64,000 bases of DNA, from the IMG/VR virus record IMGVR_UViG_3300037249_000775; one strand, given 5' to 3'. Positions 40,907-51,391 of the stretch are shown here, piece by piece; the first letter of the stretch is position 1; the number at the start of each line of letters is the position of its first letter. The notes below the pieces were generated by a model. The model had not been told where the DNA came from. It did not search any database and saw only the letters and a program-made list of their open reading frames with translations. Origin of the DNA: an uncultured virus (IMG/VR IMGVR_UViG_3300037249_000775) (Duplodnaviria; Heunggongvirae; Uroviricota; Caudoviricetes). Position numbers and translations under genes: made by a program.

Positions 40907-40929
40907 AAATAATTTACTAACATATAAAT

Positions 40930-41053
40930 AAATCCAGAATGATTTGTAGAATATATTTTCATTTTTAACGTCCTTTAAAATTTTATTTTCAGACACAAAA
41001 AATTCCTTATTAAAAACTAGATACATTTAACTATGTATCTAGTTTTTAATTTT
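40930..41053 (+). ncRNA. Candidate late antisense sRNA (anti-RBS/start)
   Basis: AACA-tataaa-TA 40919-40930; CAT 40960, CGTCCTTT 40969-40976; hairpin 41010-41049. Confidence 0.5.
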
Positions 41054-41067
41054 ACTAACAATAAAGT

Positions 41068-41157
41068 AAGGTTGGATTTTGGTTTTTGCAATATCATGAT
41101 GATTGAGCGTCCTTTAATATATCGTATGCATCCGGTATGCATACGATATATTTTTTT
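41068..41157 (+). ncRNA. Candidate late antisense sRNA (anti-RBS/start)
   Basis: AACA-ataaag-TA 41057-41068; CAT 41095, CGTCCTTT 41108-41115; hairpin 41116-41152 then T-run. Confidence 0.55.
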
Positions 41158-41285
41158 ATTTTTACTTAAACTATAATTTAGCTTTAAATTATATATTATT
41201 TTTTGGACTTTGAACGATAATAATTTATAATGTTATCGACATTAGTCTAATTCTAAATTTTATAAAAAAGAAAGGGGTTATAGTT

Positions 41286-42254
41286 ATGAGTAAAAATAGT
41301 CATGACAATAACAAAAACAACGTAAGAATCCATGAAGACGCAAAAGAATTTTCGAAACTTAGTTTCAAAAAGTACAAGAAAAAGTACGGTAGTGACTATG
41401 ACCGAAAGAAAGAATGTCAAACAGGATTTTATTTATATCTGTTTGACCTTTTGCCAAGAACTATTGAATTTTGTGTAAAATACGGTTATATTAATGATCC
41501 TGAAATCCAGGAAGTTAAGAATGGTATTTATGCAAAAATAGTTGATGAGGATTTTGTAAAATACCTCAATAAAGAAATCAAAGGCGGAAATAAGATAGAA
41601 AATATCAAATGGATGCCGATTATTATTTCTGATATTCTTAAGCAGACTAATAAGCAGAATACAGAAATGCTTGCACAAGACCCGAATGCAAAGATTTATG
41701 ATATGTCTGATCTTGTTGAACTTTCTCAAATTATATTGAAGAAGAAGCTTAAGAAGTTTAACAAGTTTGCAATTGAAAATAATCTTGCATTTGATATTCT
41801 GTCAGTTATTCCTACTGACAATGTTCTGAATTCATCTCAGAATTATAGAATTGCTACATTTATGAGTGTGCTTTATGAACATGCAAAAACAGAGGCTATT
41901 CCATTTAAGAGTATCATGGAAGTACTTGTAGGGGATGAATATTATCCAATATTTATTATATTTACTCTCCTCGAGAGAAAAGAGAAATTTGGACAGTTGA
42001 ATGATTCTCAGAAAGCATTTTATCTCGAGGTAACAAATTGGATTTTCGATACAATGGAAAATCAGTTATCCAAAGAACAGCTTAATGAAATTATCCGTGT
42101 ATACATCAACGCAAGAAAACGTGATGATTCAAAGGGTACAGATACAAATCGTCGTTATCAGTTGTCTTCACTTGTTGAAACAGATTTCCCAAAGATTACA
42201 TCTGTTGTAAAGAAATTTATTTCAAATGATGCTGGAGTAGCAAAATATCTTTAA
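41286..42254 (+). CDS. Hypothetical protein
   Basis: AGAAAGGGG RBS; TATATTAT at 41192; hairpin leader. Confidence 0.8.
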   Translation: MSKNSHDNNKNNVRIHEDAKEFSKLSFKKYKKKYGSDYDRKKECQTGFYLYLFDLLPRTIEFCVKYGYINDPEIQEVKNGIYAKIVDEDFVKYLNKEIKGGNKIENIKWMPIIISDILKQTNKQNTEMLAQDPNAKIYDMSDLVELSQIILKKKLKKFNKFAIENNLAFDILSVIPTDNVLNSSQNYRIATFMSVLYEHAKTEAIPFKSIMEVLVGDEYYPIFIIFTLLERKEKFGQLNDSQKAFYLEVTNWIFDTMENQLSKEQLNEIIRVYINARKRDDSKGTDTNRRYQLSSLVETDFPKITSVVKKFISNDAGVAKYL

Positions 42255-42340
42255 TTAATAAATGTACAAATCATGTATAGATGATGGAGATCCATCATCT
42301 ATACATCAAAAAAAAAATAAAAAATGAGAGGATTATAAAA

Positions 42341-43336
42341 ATGAAAATTTATGAACTTACGATTGGAAACATTACAGATGAGTCAAGAAAACCTGCTGTT
42401 TCATTTGTAAAAAATGATAATAATGATTTACTGAAAAACTTTATTGAGTTTAATAGTACAAGAGATAGAATTTATATCGATTATAATATAGTCGATGATC
42501 TCGATATATTTTATCTTTATGAAACTGATAGTAATTCTAAAATTGAAAATCAATATGGTAATAATACAGATTTTCAATTACAGGTTTCTGATTTAAAATT
42601 GAGAAATTCAAATATTAGTAATATTTTTGTTGATAGAAGTAGTATGACAACATTACCAAATATTACTTCTTGTAATAGTAATATTGTTGCTGGAGATGAT
42701 ATGTTAATATCTATTGCATTTGATACAAGAAGATTTTCTCTTGTAAAAACATATAATGATGGAGGCGAAACCATTCTCACTCGTTATAGCAAATTTGATG
42801 AATCGTGTTCGGCTGTTATGAAATTCAATAGCGTTTACAATAGTCTAATGCGTACAGTTACAATTTATCTTTTTGATAAGGTCCTAGGTAATTTTGTTAA
42901 ATTTCTTGCGACATTTAAAAAAGGTAATGATTATTCATTTGGTTTATTTAATTATGATGAAACTGAAGCTGGTTATTTTAAAGTTGCTTCATCATATAAA
43001 CCTGAACGACTTACATCGTTTAAACTAAAGTTTGATACCATACCTACAAGGTATGTTATTTATAATCCAGATAAAATAGATAAAGGCGTACTACTCAATA
43101 AAATTGAAAATCAATCTGGTTTTACTCCCATTCTTGTTAGTTGGAGAAAAATAAAAGCTGATGAAAATCTTGAGAATTTAATTAAATTTCTTGATGATTC
43201 ACTGGTATCAAAACATGTACGTTCTATTACACTCTATGGTATAGAAGAAAGTATACCATTCAGTGTATTTAAGAATATGAAAAATGTCTTTTTCGTAGAT
43301 GTTTCCGGAAAAGTCATATGCGTTAAATCTAGTTAA
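42341..43336 (+). CDS. Hypothetical protein (paralog of next gene)
   Basis: GAGAGG RBS before ATG 42341; FKLKF..IPT.YVI and ..SITL...NVF...ICVKSS shared with 43353. Confidence 0.75.
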   Translation: MKIYELTIGNITDESRKPAVSFVKNDNNDLLKNFIEFNSTRDRIYIDYNIVDDLDIFYLYETDSNSKIENQYGNNTDFQLQVSDLKLRNSNISNIFVDRSSMTTLPNITSCNSNIVAGDDMLISIAFDTRRFSLVKTYNDGGETILTRYSKFDESCSAVMKFNSVYNSLMRTVTIYLFDKVLGNFVKFLATFKKGNDYSFGLFNYDETEAGYFKVASSYKPERLTSFKLKFDTIPTRYVIYNPDKIDKGVLLNKIENQSGFTPILVSWRKIKADENLENLIKFLDDSLVSKHVRSITLYGIEESIPFSVFKNMKNVFFVDVSGKVICVKSS

Positions 43337-43352
43337 AAGGAGATAAAAGAAA

Positions 43353-44324
43353 ATGAGATTATTTAACGTATTAATTGCTCCTGAGGGAGAAAATCCTATC
43401 AAAGATAAATTCAATAAAAATGAATTTACATTTGTTAAGGATAGTGTAAAAATCAATAATAAGTATATTGGTGATACTTTAATTAACCAAAGACTTAGAA
43501 TTGATAAATTTATTGATACAGATGCCGTAACACCGATTACTAATATCGGTAGTGAAGAGCATACATTGTATAGTTATAAGACATACGACGTGGTTAGCGG
43601 AGTTGATACAGACGTAGTTCTTAATGATAAGACTCTTAATCCGTTGCTGTTGAAAACTAAGAATCCTAATAATTATGGACTCGCTTATATTACATTTGAT
43701 CCTAAATATATGCTAGTTGATTATTCTGTAGAATCTTATGATAAGATTATTTCAACATTTCATAGAAGAGATTTCTACGGTTGCGTAGTATATTTTGATA
43801 AAAAGAAACATGCTAATGATGTATCTAGTATATTGTCAATAACTGCTATAGATACAACTAAGACAAAGAAGCCTGTTGTTAATATTGAAGTTACAATTGA
43901 TCCTGATTCAGACTCATCTATCGTAGTTTCTTATTATATAAAACCTGATTCAGATGTAGAAAATAAATCTCATAAGCAGAAACCAAATAGATTTAAGCTT
44001 AAGTTAAATCCGCATAAAATTCCAACAGCATTTGTTATTGTTGATGGGCATGATGACAACGAGCTTGGTGATGTAACAGCTTCTACAAGACTCGATGAAA
44101 TCTGTATTTCTAAGCAAGTAGTATATGTTGAACTTGGAGATCACAAGATTGATGACCCTGAATTTATTCAATATTTACAGGATATTATTAATGAAAGTCA
44201 TTACAAGTCAGTAACACTTGCTGATGTATATATGCCAAATGCTATTATTAAGAAGCTTGGTCTTATTAATGTATTCACATATGATTCAGCTAAGAAAATT
44301 TGTAAATGTATTAGATCTTCATAA
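43353..44324 (+). CDS. Hypothetical protein (paralog of previous gene)
   Basis: AAGGAG RBS; FKLKL...IPTAFVI, KSVTL...NVF...CIRSS. Confidence 0.75.
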   Translation: MRLFNVLIAPEGENPIKDKFNKNEFTFVKDSVKINNKYIGDTLINQRLRIDKFIDTDAVTPITNIGSEEHTLYSYKTYDVVSGVDTDVVLNDKTLNPLLLKTKNPNNYGLAYITFDPKYMLVDYSVESYDKIISTFHRRDFYGCVVYFDKKKHANDVSSILSITAIDTTKTKKPVVNIEVTIDPDSDSSIVVSYYIKPDSDVENKSHKQKPNRFKLKLNPHKIPTAFVIVDGHDDNELGDVTASTRLDEICISKQVVYVELGDHKIDDPEFIQYLQDIINESHYKSVTLADVYMPNAIIKKLGLINVFTYDSAKKICKCIRSS

Positions 44325-44440
44325 TTAAATTAGCTGTATAGTTATATATTATTTAAAAGATAAAATGTAGTTCTTGTAATTTTATATTTACAAGAACTAC
44401 ATTATAAAATAAAAAAATAAAATTTGAAAGGACGGTTACT

Positions 44441-44944
44441 ATGAGTAACAAAAACAAAAATGATAAGAGTAAGAGAATTGAATATGTGGTTTATTGCGAC
44501 AAGCATACTGGTAAATCAGGAAAATTCAAAGGAAACAAAAAAGAAGTAAAAGCGTTAAAACGAGGATGCCCTCATTATAGTTATAATAAAAAAGGGAATC
44601 TTAAACCTATCTTCTTTAATGACGGACATGGTATGTGCTTCTGCAAAAGATGTAGTAATACTTTCCCAGCAAAACTGATCGAAGGTAAAACATTTGAAGA
44701 CGGTTGCAATACGGTCATTGGTTATCTTGACCAAGCAATCGTTGGTGCAATAGCAATTGGGGCAAATAATAAAACTATTGAAAGTTTGTCTCAAACAAAA
44801 GTTACGTTACACACATTCAAAAAGAAAACATATCCGAGAATTATGAAAAGCGTGACAGCAACGGATAACATTAAAAATAAGAAGAAGAAAAATCGCAATA
44901 GCGGTAATACGGCTTATGGTTCATGGGGATCAGGCAGAAGATAA
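44441..44944 (+). CDS. Basic Zn-finger-like hypothetical protein
   Basis: CPH...CFCKRC; TATATTAT at 44345; hairpin leader. Confidence 0.75.
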   Translation: MSNKNKNDKSKRIEYVVYCDKHTGKSGKFKGNKKEVKALKRGCPHYSYNKKGNLKPIFFNDGHGMCFCKRCSNTFPAKLIEGKTFEDGCNTVIGYLDQAIVGAIAIGANNKTIESLSQTKVTLHTFKKKTYPRIMKSVTATDNIKNKKKKNRNSGNTAYGSWGSGRR

Positions 44945-45151
44945 GAATATAATATAAATAAATTTAATTAGTGAGAGATAAGCACGGGAATTTCCCGTGC
45001 TTATCTTATTTTTTGTTAAGTTTTTAATATAGTATTCGAGGGAGTATTCGTGTAAGTTTCTATGTTCCAAACAACAAAAAATTAAGGAGAAAAATATCTT
45101 ATAATTTATAGAGATATTTTTCATAATTTTTCTGAAAGAGAGGATTTAATA

Positions 45152-47638
45152 ATGTCTAATACAAAAGATGTTAAAATGTATTATGTTGAATCCGACATAG
45201 AGAAGATTCAAACAAAAACAAATTTATATTTAACTTCTTATGGTTCAGATGGAGCTTTCCATTTAACTAGAGAAGTTATTCAGAATAGTATAGATGAGTG
45301 TATTGACCCAGATTCACCGGGTAGTAAAATATATATCATGTATGATATCGATAATGATACAATGACTGTTGAAGATGATGGACGTGGATTTCCTGAAGCA
45401 GATTATCCTATGGATATATTTTGTACTAAAATTCAATCAGGTTCTAAATTTTTTAGAACACAATCTGGCGGTACATCTGGAGAATTTGGTTTGGGTTTAA
45501 CAGCAGTAAACGCATTGTCTTCAATGTTTATGCTCGATAGTTATAGAGAAAAAGAAAACTATAGACATAGGATTATATTTGAAGACGGTAAGAAAATTGA
45601 AGATACAAAAGAAAAGAGGTCAAATAAAGACCATGGTTGTATTGTAAAATTTTCACCGTCCAAAAGATTCCTTGGACCTAAAACAGTTATTCCATATCAA
45701 GATGTAGTAACTTGGGTTGAGAAAATGAGTTATTTTATTCCTAAAGGAATTGAAATAAAAATAGAGATACTTAAAGGTTTTAAAATTAAAGAAAAATATA
45801 AATTTAAAGCACAACCTTTTATATCTTTATTAGATACCATTTGCCCCGATAAGAATTATTCACCTAAATGCGAATTTTCAGGTGAGAGTGAAATTGAAGA
45901 AAATGTTAAGATGCTTGGAAAAAATTCAAAAGTCGTAGAAAAGACTTTGAAGAAGAGTATTCATCTTGATGTTGCTTTAAGATATTCACCCGAATCAATA
46001 ACTATGTATGATAGTTATTGTAACTTTACAAATACAACTGAGGGTGGTGTCCATCAGAATGCTCTCGAAAATTGTTTTTGTAGATATATGCTTTCAAAAG
46101 CAAGAGCTACACAAACCGATGCTCAAAAAGAAAAGTATCCTATTAAATGGGAAGATATTAAAATGGGTTTGTGTGTGATTATAAATCTTACAACTGGTGC
46201 TCAAGTTGGATTTGTTGGTAATGCTAAACAAAAAATCGGTAATGAAGAATTAACACCATATCTTGTAGAAATTATTAATACTAATATGGATAAGTTCTTT
46301 ACTGATAATCCAAAAGTTCTTGATGAGTATATTAAGATTATTAAACTTAATACAAAAGCACGTGTTGAGATGCAGAAAGTAAAAAATGCAACGCAAAGAG
46401 AAAGAATGAACTCATTTAAAGAGTATGAAATTAAGAACTATATAAGATGCAATAATACTGGTAAGAAGTTTAAAGAACTCTTTTTAACAGAGGGTGATTC
46501 TGCTGGTGGTAGTGCGTCTAATGGTTCTAATAAAGATACACAAGCTTTTTTATTATTTAGAGGAGTTGTTGCTAATCCGTTAAAATGTTCATTGTCTGAT
46601 ATCATGGAGAATGAAGAATGGAGAACATTTGTAACGGTTCTTCGTTGTGGTATTGGTAAAAACTTTGATATCAATAAGTTATATTTTGATAGAATTAATA
46701 TCTTTACAGACTCAGATTCTGATGGATATGGAATTAGTTCAGGTATGATTGTATTTATTTACACATATCTTAGACCGCTTATTGAAGCTGGTAAAGTATA
46801 TAAAGTATTTTCACCACTTTATCGAATTGATGATAAAGAACATCCATTTGTAGTTAATAAAGCCGAAATGGTTGAACTCTTTCAAAAGAAGGTTGCTAAG
46901 CATTATAAAATAGAAAGAGTTGATAATGGATATAAGTTTAGTAAAGATGATATGATTGAGTTTCTTCAAGATACCTATGATTACTCAAGTAATTTGATTA
47001 GAATGTCAGATAACTTGGGACATGTTAATAAGTTCTTGGTAGAACGTATTATAGCTCTATTGGTTATTTCAGATGTTATTCATAGTAGTAATGGAAAATT
47101 TGATAATGATAAAGTTAATGATGGACTTAAGTCTATTTTAAGTAAACAAAAATTCATTAAAGAATTTATGTCATTAATTCAAGAAAAATATCCTGAGATT
47201 AAATTAAATTCAGATACACAAACATTGAGTGGTGTAGTTGACGGTAAATTCTGTTCTATCAAGATTAATCATAGATTTGTTAAACAGGCGGAAGATTTAA
47301 TTCCTATTATTGAAAAATATCATTATCTTTTAAATGTAAAAGAAAAAGGTAAAGATGAAACTGTTATTTTAACAATAGGAGAATTTCTTGACCAAACAGT
47401 TAAGCTTTCAAGTAAAATCTTAACAAGATACAAAGGACTTGGTGAACTTAATGCAGACCAAATGTTTAATACTGCGTTAGATATTAATAATAGAGTTTCT
47501 ATTCAGTATACAGTTGAAGATGCAGAACGTGAAGTAGAAACTTTTAAGAAACTTTTTGGTCAAGGTAAAAATGATTTGAAACAACGAAAAGATATGATGG
47601 CTAATTATAAAATTAGTCGTGATGATCTCGATAACTAA
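45152..47638 (+). CDS. gyrB: DNA gyrase / type IIA topoisomerase subunit B
   Basis: EVIQNSIDE, DDGRGFP, SGEFGLGLTAVNALS, TEGDSAGG, TDSDSDG, RYKGLGE. Confidence 0.95.
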   Translation: MSNTKDVKMYYVESDIEKIQTKTNLYLTSYGSDGAFHLTREVIQNSIDECIDPDSPGSKIYIMYDIDNDTMTVEDDGRGFPEADYPMDIFCTKIQSGSKFFRTQSGGTSGEFGLGLTAVNALSSMFMLDSYREKENYRHRIIFEDGKKIEDTKEKRSNKDHGCIVKFSPSKRFLGPKTVIPYQDVVTWVEKMSYFIPKGIEIKIEILKGFKIKEKYKFKAQPFISLLDTICPDKNYSPKCEFSGESEIEENVKMLGKNSKVVEKTLKKSIHLDVALRYSPESITMYDSYCNFTNTTEGGVHQNALENCFCRYMLSKARATQTDAQKEKYPIKWEDIKMGLCVIINLTTGAQVGFVGNAKQKIGNEELTPYLVEIINTNMDKFFTDNPKVLDEYIKIIKLNTKARVEMQKVKNATQRERMNSFKEYEIKNYIRCNNTGKKFKELFLTEGDSAGGSASNGSNKDTQAFLLFRGVVANPLKCSLSDIMENEEWRTFVTVLRCGIGKNFDINKLYFDRINIFTDSDSDGYGISSGMIVFIYTYLRPLIEAGKVYKVFSPLYRIDDKEHPFVVNKAEMVELFQKKVAKHYKIERVDNGYKFSKDDMIEFLQDTYDYSSNLIRMSDNLGHVNKFLVERIIALLVISDVIHSSNGKFDNDKVNDGLKSILSKQKFIKEFMSLIQEKYPEIKLNSDTQTLSGVVDGKFCSIKINHRFVKQAEDLIPIIEKYHYLLNVKEKGKDETVILTIGEFLDQTVKLSSKILTRYKGLGELNADQMFNTALDINNRVSIQYTVEDAEREVETFKKLFGQGKNDLKQRKDMMANYKISRDDLDN

Positions 47639-47650
47639 GGAGGTCTAAAA

Positions 47651-50470
47651 ATGGCAGAAAAAATTATAAAAGAAAATGTTGCAGATGCAGCCGAAAGATA
47701 TTCGTGTATTTTCGGTGCAAATAAAAATTTGTATAGAACAATTCCGTCTATGCAAGATGGATTGACTTAAAAGGTTTAGTCCATGTAAAACCTCTCTAAT
47801 TGCGGGGAAGTTACGTAAGTATCAATTACTAAACTATAAGTGATATTATAGTGGCAATGGGTAACTCCAAAGGTATAGTAACAAGATTGATAATGTAACA
47901 ATCGACGCAGCGAAGTATCTCAAAGTATGAGATATAAGTTCAACGACTATCGAAAGCTATATAATCATATAGAAATATATGGTTTGAAAATAAGGTAGAG
48001 TGAAATATCTACACGAAGTGAGTAGAGTAACGCCCAAGTGTTTGGGGTTGGTAGTTAGATGAGATTAGTCTAACGTAAATCCATTAAAGTGAAACGGGAG
48101 GCTCTAATATATTTGGTAATAGAATATATTAGATGAAGATATAGTCTAGTAATAAATATTACTGTAAAACCTGGAAAAAGACGTTTGTTTTATGCTTGGT
48201 GGGAAAATGCAGGAAAACCAACTAATACAAAAAAAGAAACTTTAAATAAGTTAAAGTTCCAAAAAGTTCATAATATCGCATCATGGTCAATGATCTATCA
48301 TCCGCACTCGGTCGATTCTAATGAGGAAATTGTTGCTAATGAAGGTCAAGATTGGAATAATAATGTATTAACAGTAGTTCCTCAAGGTAACTTTGGTTCT
48401 ATTCGTGGAGATAGACCAGCATCTGGAAGATATACTGAAGCAAAAATGAGTGAATATCTTATTGATTGCTTCTTTGATGATTTTTATAAGTATTCTATAC
48501 CTATGAAAGAATCATATGATGGTGAACGAGTTGAACCTGAATTTCTCCCAGCAAAATATCCACACGCTTTATTTAATCCACAACTTTCTGGTATTGGTTA
48601 TGGATTAGCATCAAATATTATATCGTTTAATGTAGCTGAAGTTCTTAAAGCAACTATTAAGTTGATTAGAGACCATCATGCTAAAATTATGCTTATACCA
48701 GATATTCCGACAGGTGCAGAAGTTGTTGATACTGGTTTATTTAAAGAAATAAATAAAACTGGTGTAGGAAAAATAACAATGAGAGCATCTGCAGAGATTG
48801 ACCATAATAAAAATATTATTAGGATTACATCTCTTCCATTACAGATGTCATCAATGCAAGTTATCAAAAAGATTATTGAAAAGAAAAAGAAAAATGAATT
48901 TCAAGAAATTATTGAGATACTCGATTATACAAAATTAGGTAAAACAGATATTCGTATTCAGTTAAAGAACGATGTTAATCCTGATAAAGTATTAAAGAAG
49001 CTTTATAACAAAGGAACTGGATTGAAAGATACATTTCCTGTTTGTATAAAGCTTATTGATGATTACCGTGAGTTTGATTATGGTATTAAGTCATTCTTAA
49101 AAGAATGGATAGAATATCGTAGAGATGTTGTGCGTTCCATGTTCTCTAACGATCTAATTCAAACTATGGAGAAACAACATATGAATGAAGTTCTTCTCTT
49201 TGTATTTAATGAAGATAATGCGGAGAAGACTTTGAAGATATGTAAAAAATCTAATAGTAGAAAAGAGACCATTGAGAAACTTCAGAAAACTTATGATATT
49301 ACATCTCTTCAAGCTTCTACTATTGCTGATATGCGATTGTATAATTTTAATAAAGATTCATATCAGAGATATAAAGAAGAGAAAAAAGCTCTGGCAGAAA
49401 ATGTTGATAGAATTATGAATATTCTTGATAATGAGAATTTGATTGATGATTTTATCATTGAGCAGTTAGAATCAGGTATAAAGAAGTATGGTCAGCCAAG
49501 ACGTTCTAAAATAGTAAAAGAAGATTCTGAATTGGATATTGAACAAATTCCTGATACAGAACATTTGATTGCTATTACTGAAACAGGAATTATTAAGAAG
49601 ATTAATCTTGATAAGTTTGATACTATTGGAGTTGTTGGTAAGAAATCAGATAATTTCTCTGTTATAAGAATTAAGAATAGAGAAGATATTTTAATAATTG
49701 ATTCTCAAGGTGAAGGAATCCGTATTCCCGTATCATCACTTCCTGATATGGATATTAATGATACTGGTGTTGAGTTATCAAGATATTTTAAATGTACTGG
49801 TAAAATTGTGAGTATGTTAAAACTCAGTGATACAAGTATGTTAAAAGATAAACATATCACGATAACATTAGTAACAAAATGGGGACTTTGTAAAAGAGTC
49901 AAGATGTCTGAATTTAAAGGATTATCTGGAACACGAAGTCTAATAACTCTTAATGATAGTGATGAACTTGTAGCAGCATTATTCACATTAGATGATGACA
50001 ATAGTGATATTATCATTTATACTAATGGTGGTTATGGTGTAAGAATACCTGTTAAAGATATAAAAATATCTGGTAAAGCAGCTAAAGGTACAAAACAAAT
50101 TAATTTATATAGTGATGCAAATATAATTGAGAATGTAATTAATGCAAATATAATTGATTCCTCTAAGAAAACATTACTCTATGTTACAACAAGTGGTAAA
50201 ATGAAAGTAACACAAGAGAAATATTTTCCAAGACAGAAAAGAGGAGACGATTCGTTACAATTGATTACATTGGATATAGGGAAGAATGAACAACTATTAT
50301 ATGTAGCATCAGTAAGTCATAAGAAAGATACTGTACGAGTTTATTTTAAGAATAAAGAACCGGTTGAATATAAGTTAAACAATCTTAAATTAACAACACG
50401 AATAGCTAAAGGTGAAAAAGTAGTTAAAGTTCCTAGAGGAGAATCAGTTGTTAGTATAAAGATTATATAA
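47651..50470 (+). CDS. gyrA: DNA gyrase / type IIA topoisomerase subunit A, spliced: exon 1 47651..47762, exon 2 48165..50470 (805 aa)
   Basis: AAGGAGG RBS at start; splicing restores DGLKPGKRR; QGNFGS, catalytic RYTE, GIGYG; C-terminal beta-pinwheel repeats. Confidence 0.92.
47763..48164 (+). mobile_element. Group I intron (402 nt, no homing endonuclease ORF)
   Basis: 5' splice U47762 pairs with G47779 in P1 (exon ATGGAT / IGS GTCCAT); core elements AATTGCGGGGAA (P), AATCGACGCAGC (Q), GTTCAACGACTA (R), AAGATATAGTCT (S); terminal G48164; IGS GGTTTA can pair with exon 2 TAAAACC (P10). Confidence 0.92.
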
Positions 50471-50552
50471 TAATTAATGCAGATAAAGAATATATTCTTT
50501 ATCTGCATTTTTAATAAATTTATATATATATTATTTTAGTGTAAATATTAAA

Positions 50553-50624
50553 GGGAGTTATGCTTTATCCCGAGTTTAAATCAAAGCATTGTCATCCCAA
50601 GACAGTAACAGTGGGAGAAAGGAG
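50553..50624 (+). ncRNA. Tandem-pseudoknot 5' leader, copy D
   Basis: GGGA/TCCC + TGCTTT/AAAGCA; TGTC/GACA + TCCCA/TGGGA; then GAAAGGAG RBS; TATATTAT at 50527. Confidence 0.7.
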
Positions 50625-50628
50625 CCTT

Positions 50629-51174
50629 ATGGCTAACGTACATTATAAAGGAATTCTTGGAGAATTTGATTACAACGATAGTGAGTTTAAAATAACATAT
50701 GCAACCGATCCATACACTAAAGATGTAATTCGTTATATAGGAGATTCACCTAATCCTGTTATTCCTGAAGGGATTCGACGTTGTGATAGACTATTTGTAA
50801 ATTGTACCCTTATTGAAGTTGCTCCGGTTATTCCGGAAAGCGTACGATATTGTAATAGGATGTTTGCAAACTGCACGAATCTTAGAACTGTGTATAATCT
50901 TCCGAAGAAATTATTTGAATGTCGTGGAATGTTTGAAAATTGTACATCTCTTGAAACATCGCCACAGCTCGGATGTATAAGAGATTGTAGTTACATGTTC
51001 AATGGGTGTAGTTCTCTTAAAATTGCACCAGAAATCCCAAACAATGCAAATGATTGTAGAGGGATGTTCAAGAACTGTGTCAATATTAATAATGCTCCAA
51101 AGATTCCAAAATATGCGTCTTATGGAGATATTTTTTACGGCACAAAGTTCTATGGAACATGTGTTAGAAAATAA
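50629..51174 (+). CDS. Early BspA/DUF285-like leucine-rich repeat protein
   Basis: Repeats C..MF.NC.SL..AP.IP; true start ATG 50629 after RBS. Confidence 0.8.
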   Translation: MANVHYKGILGEFDYNDSEFKITYATDPYTKDVIRYIGDSPNPVIPEGIRRCDRLFVNCTLIEVAPVIPESVRYCNRMFANCTNLRTVYNLPKKLFECRGMFENCTSLETSPQLGCIRDCSYMFNGCSSLKIAPEIPNNANDCRGMFKNCVNINNAPKIPKYASYGDIFYGTKFYGTCVRK

Positions 51175-51391
51175 ATTATTATCTACAATAATAGTATTGA
51201 TACAGATATGTTTAAGAATTGTACATCCCTTAAAAACCGACCAATATTGATGATTATAAAACAATCATCAATATAACCAACACAATTAAAGAATAAGCGT
51301 GTGATAATATTATCGCACGCTTATTTTTTTATTTTTCCCTTAAAAAACAAATAGTTAATATATGACTTTAAAATAAAGGAGGAATATATAA

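Noticed and set aside
40919..41157. Repeat-spacer-like layout as a mini CRISPR array
   Set aside because: Shared parts are only promoter and anti-SD words; the hairpins differ in sequence; no identical direct repeats
47763..48164. Homing endonuclease inside the intron
   Set aside because: Intron is only 402 nt, mostly ribozyme core, and the track shows no ORF there
48185..50470. gyrA as an N-terminally truncated or pseudogenised ORF
   Set aside because: Explained by the group I intron; splicing gives an intact 805-aa frame
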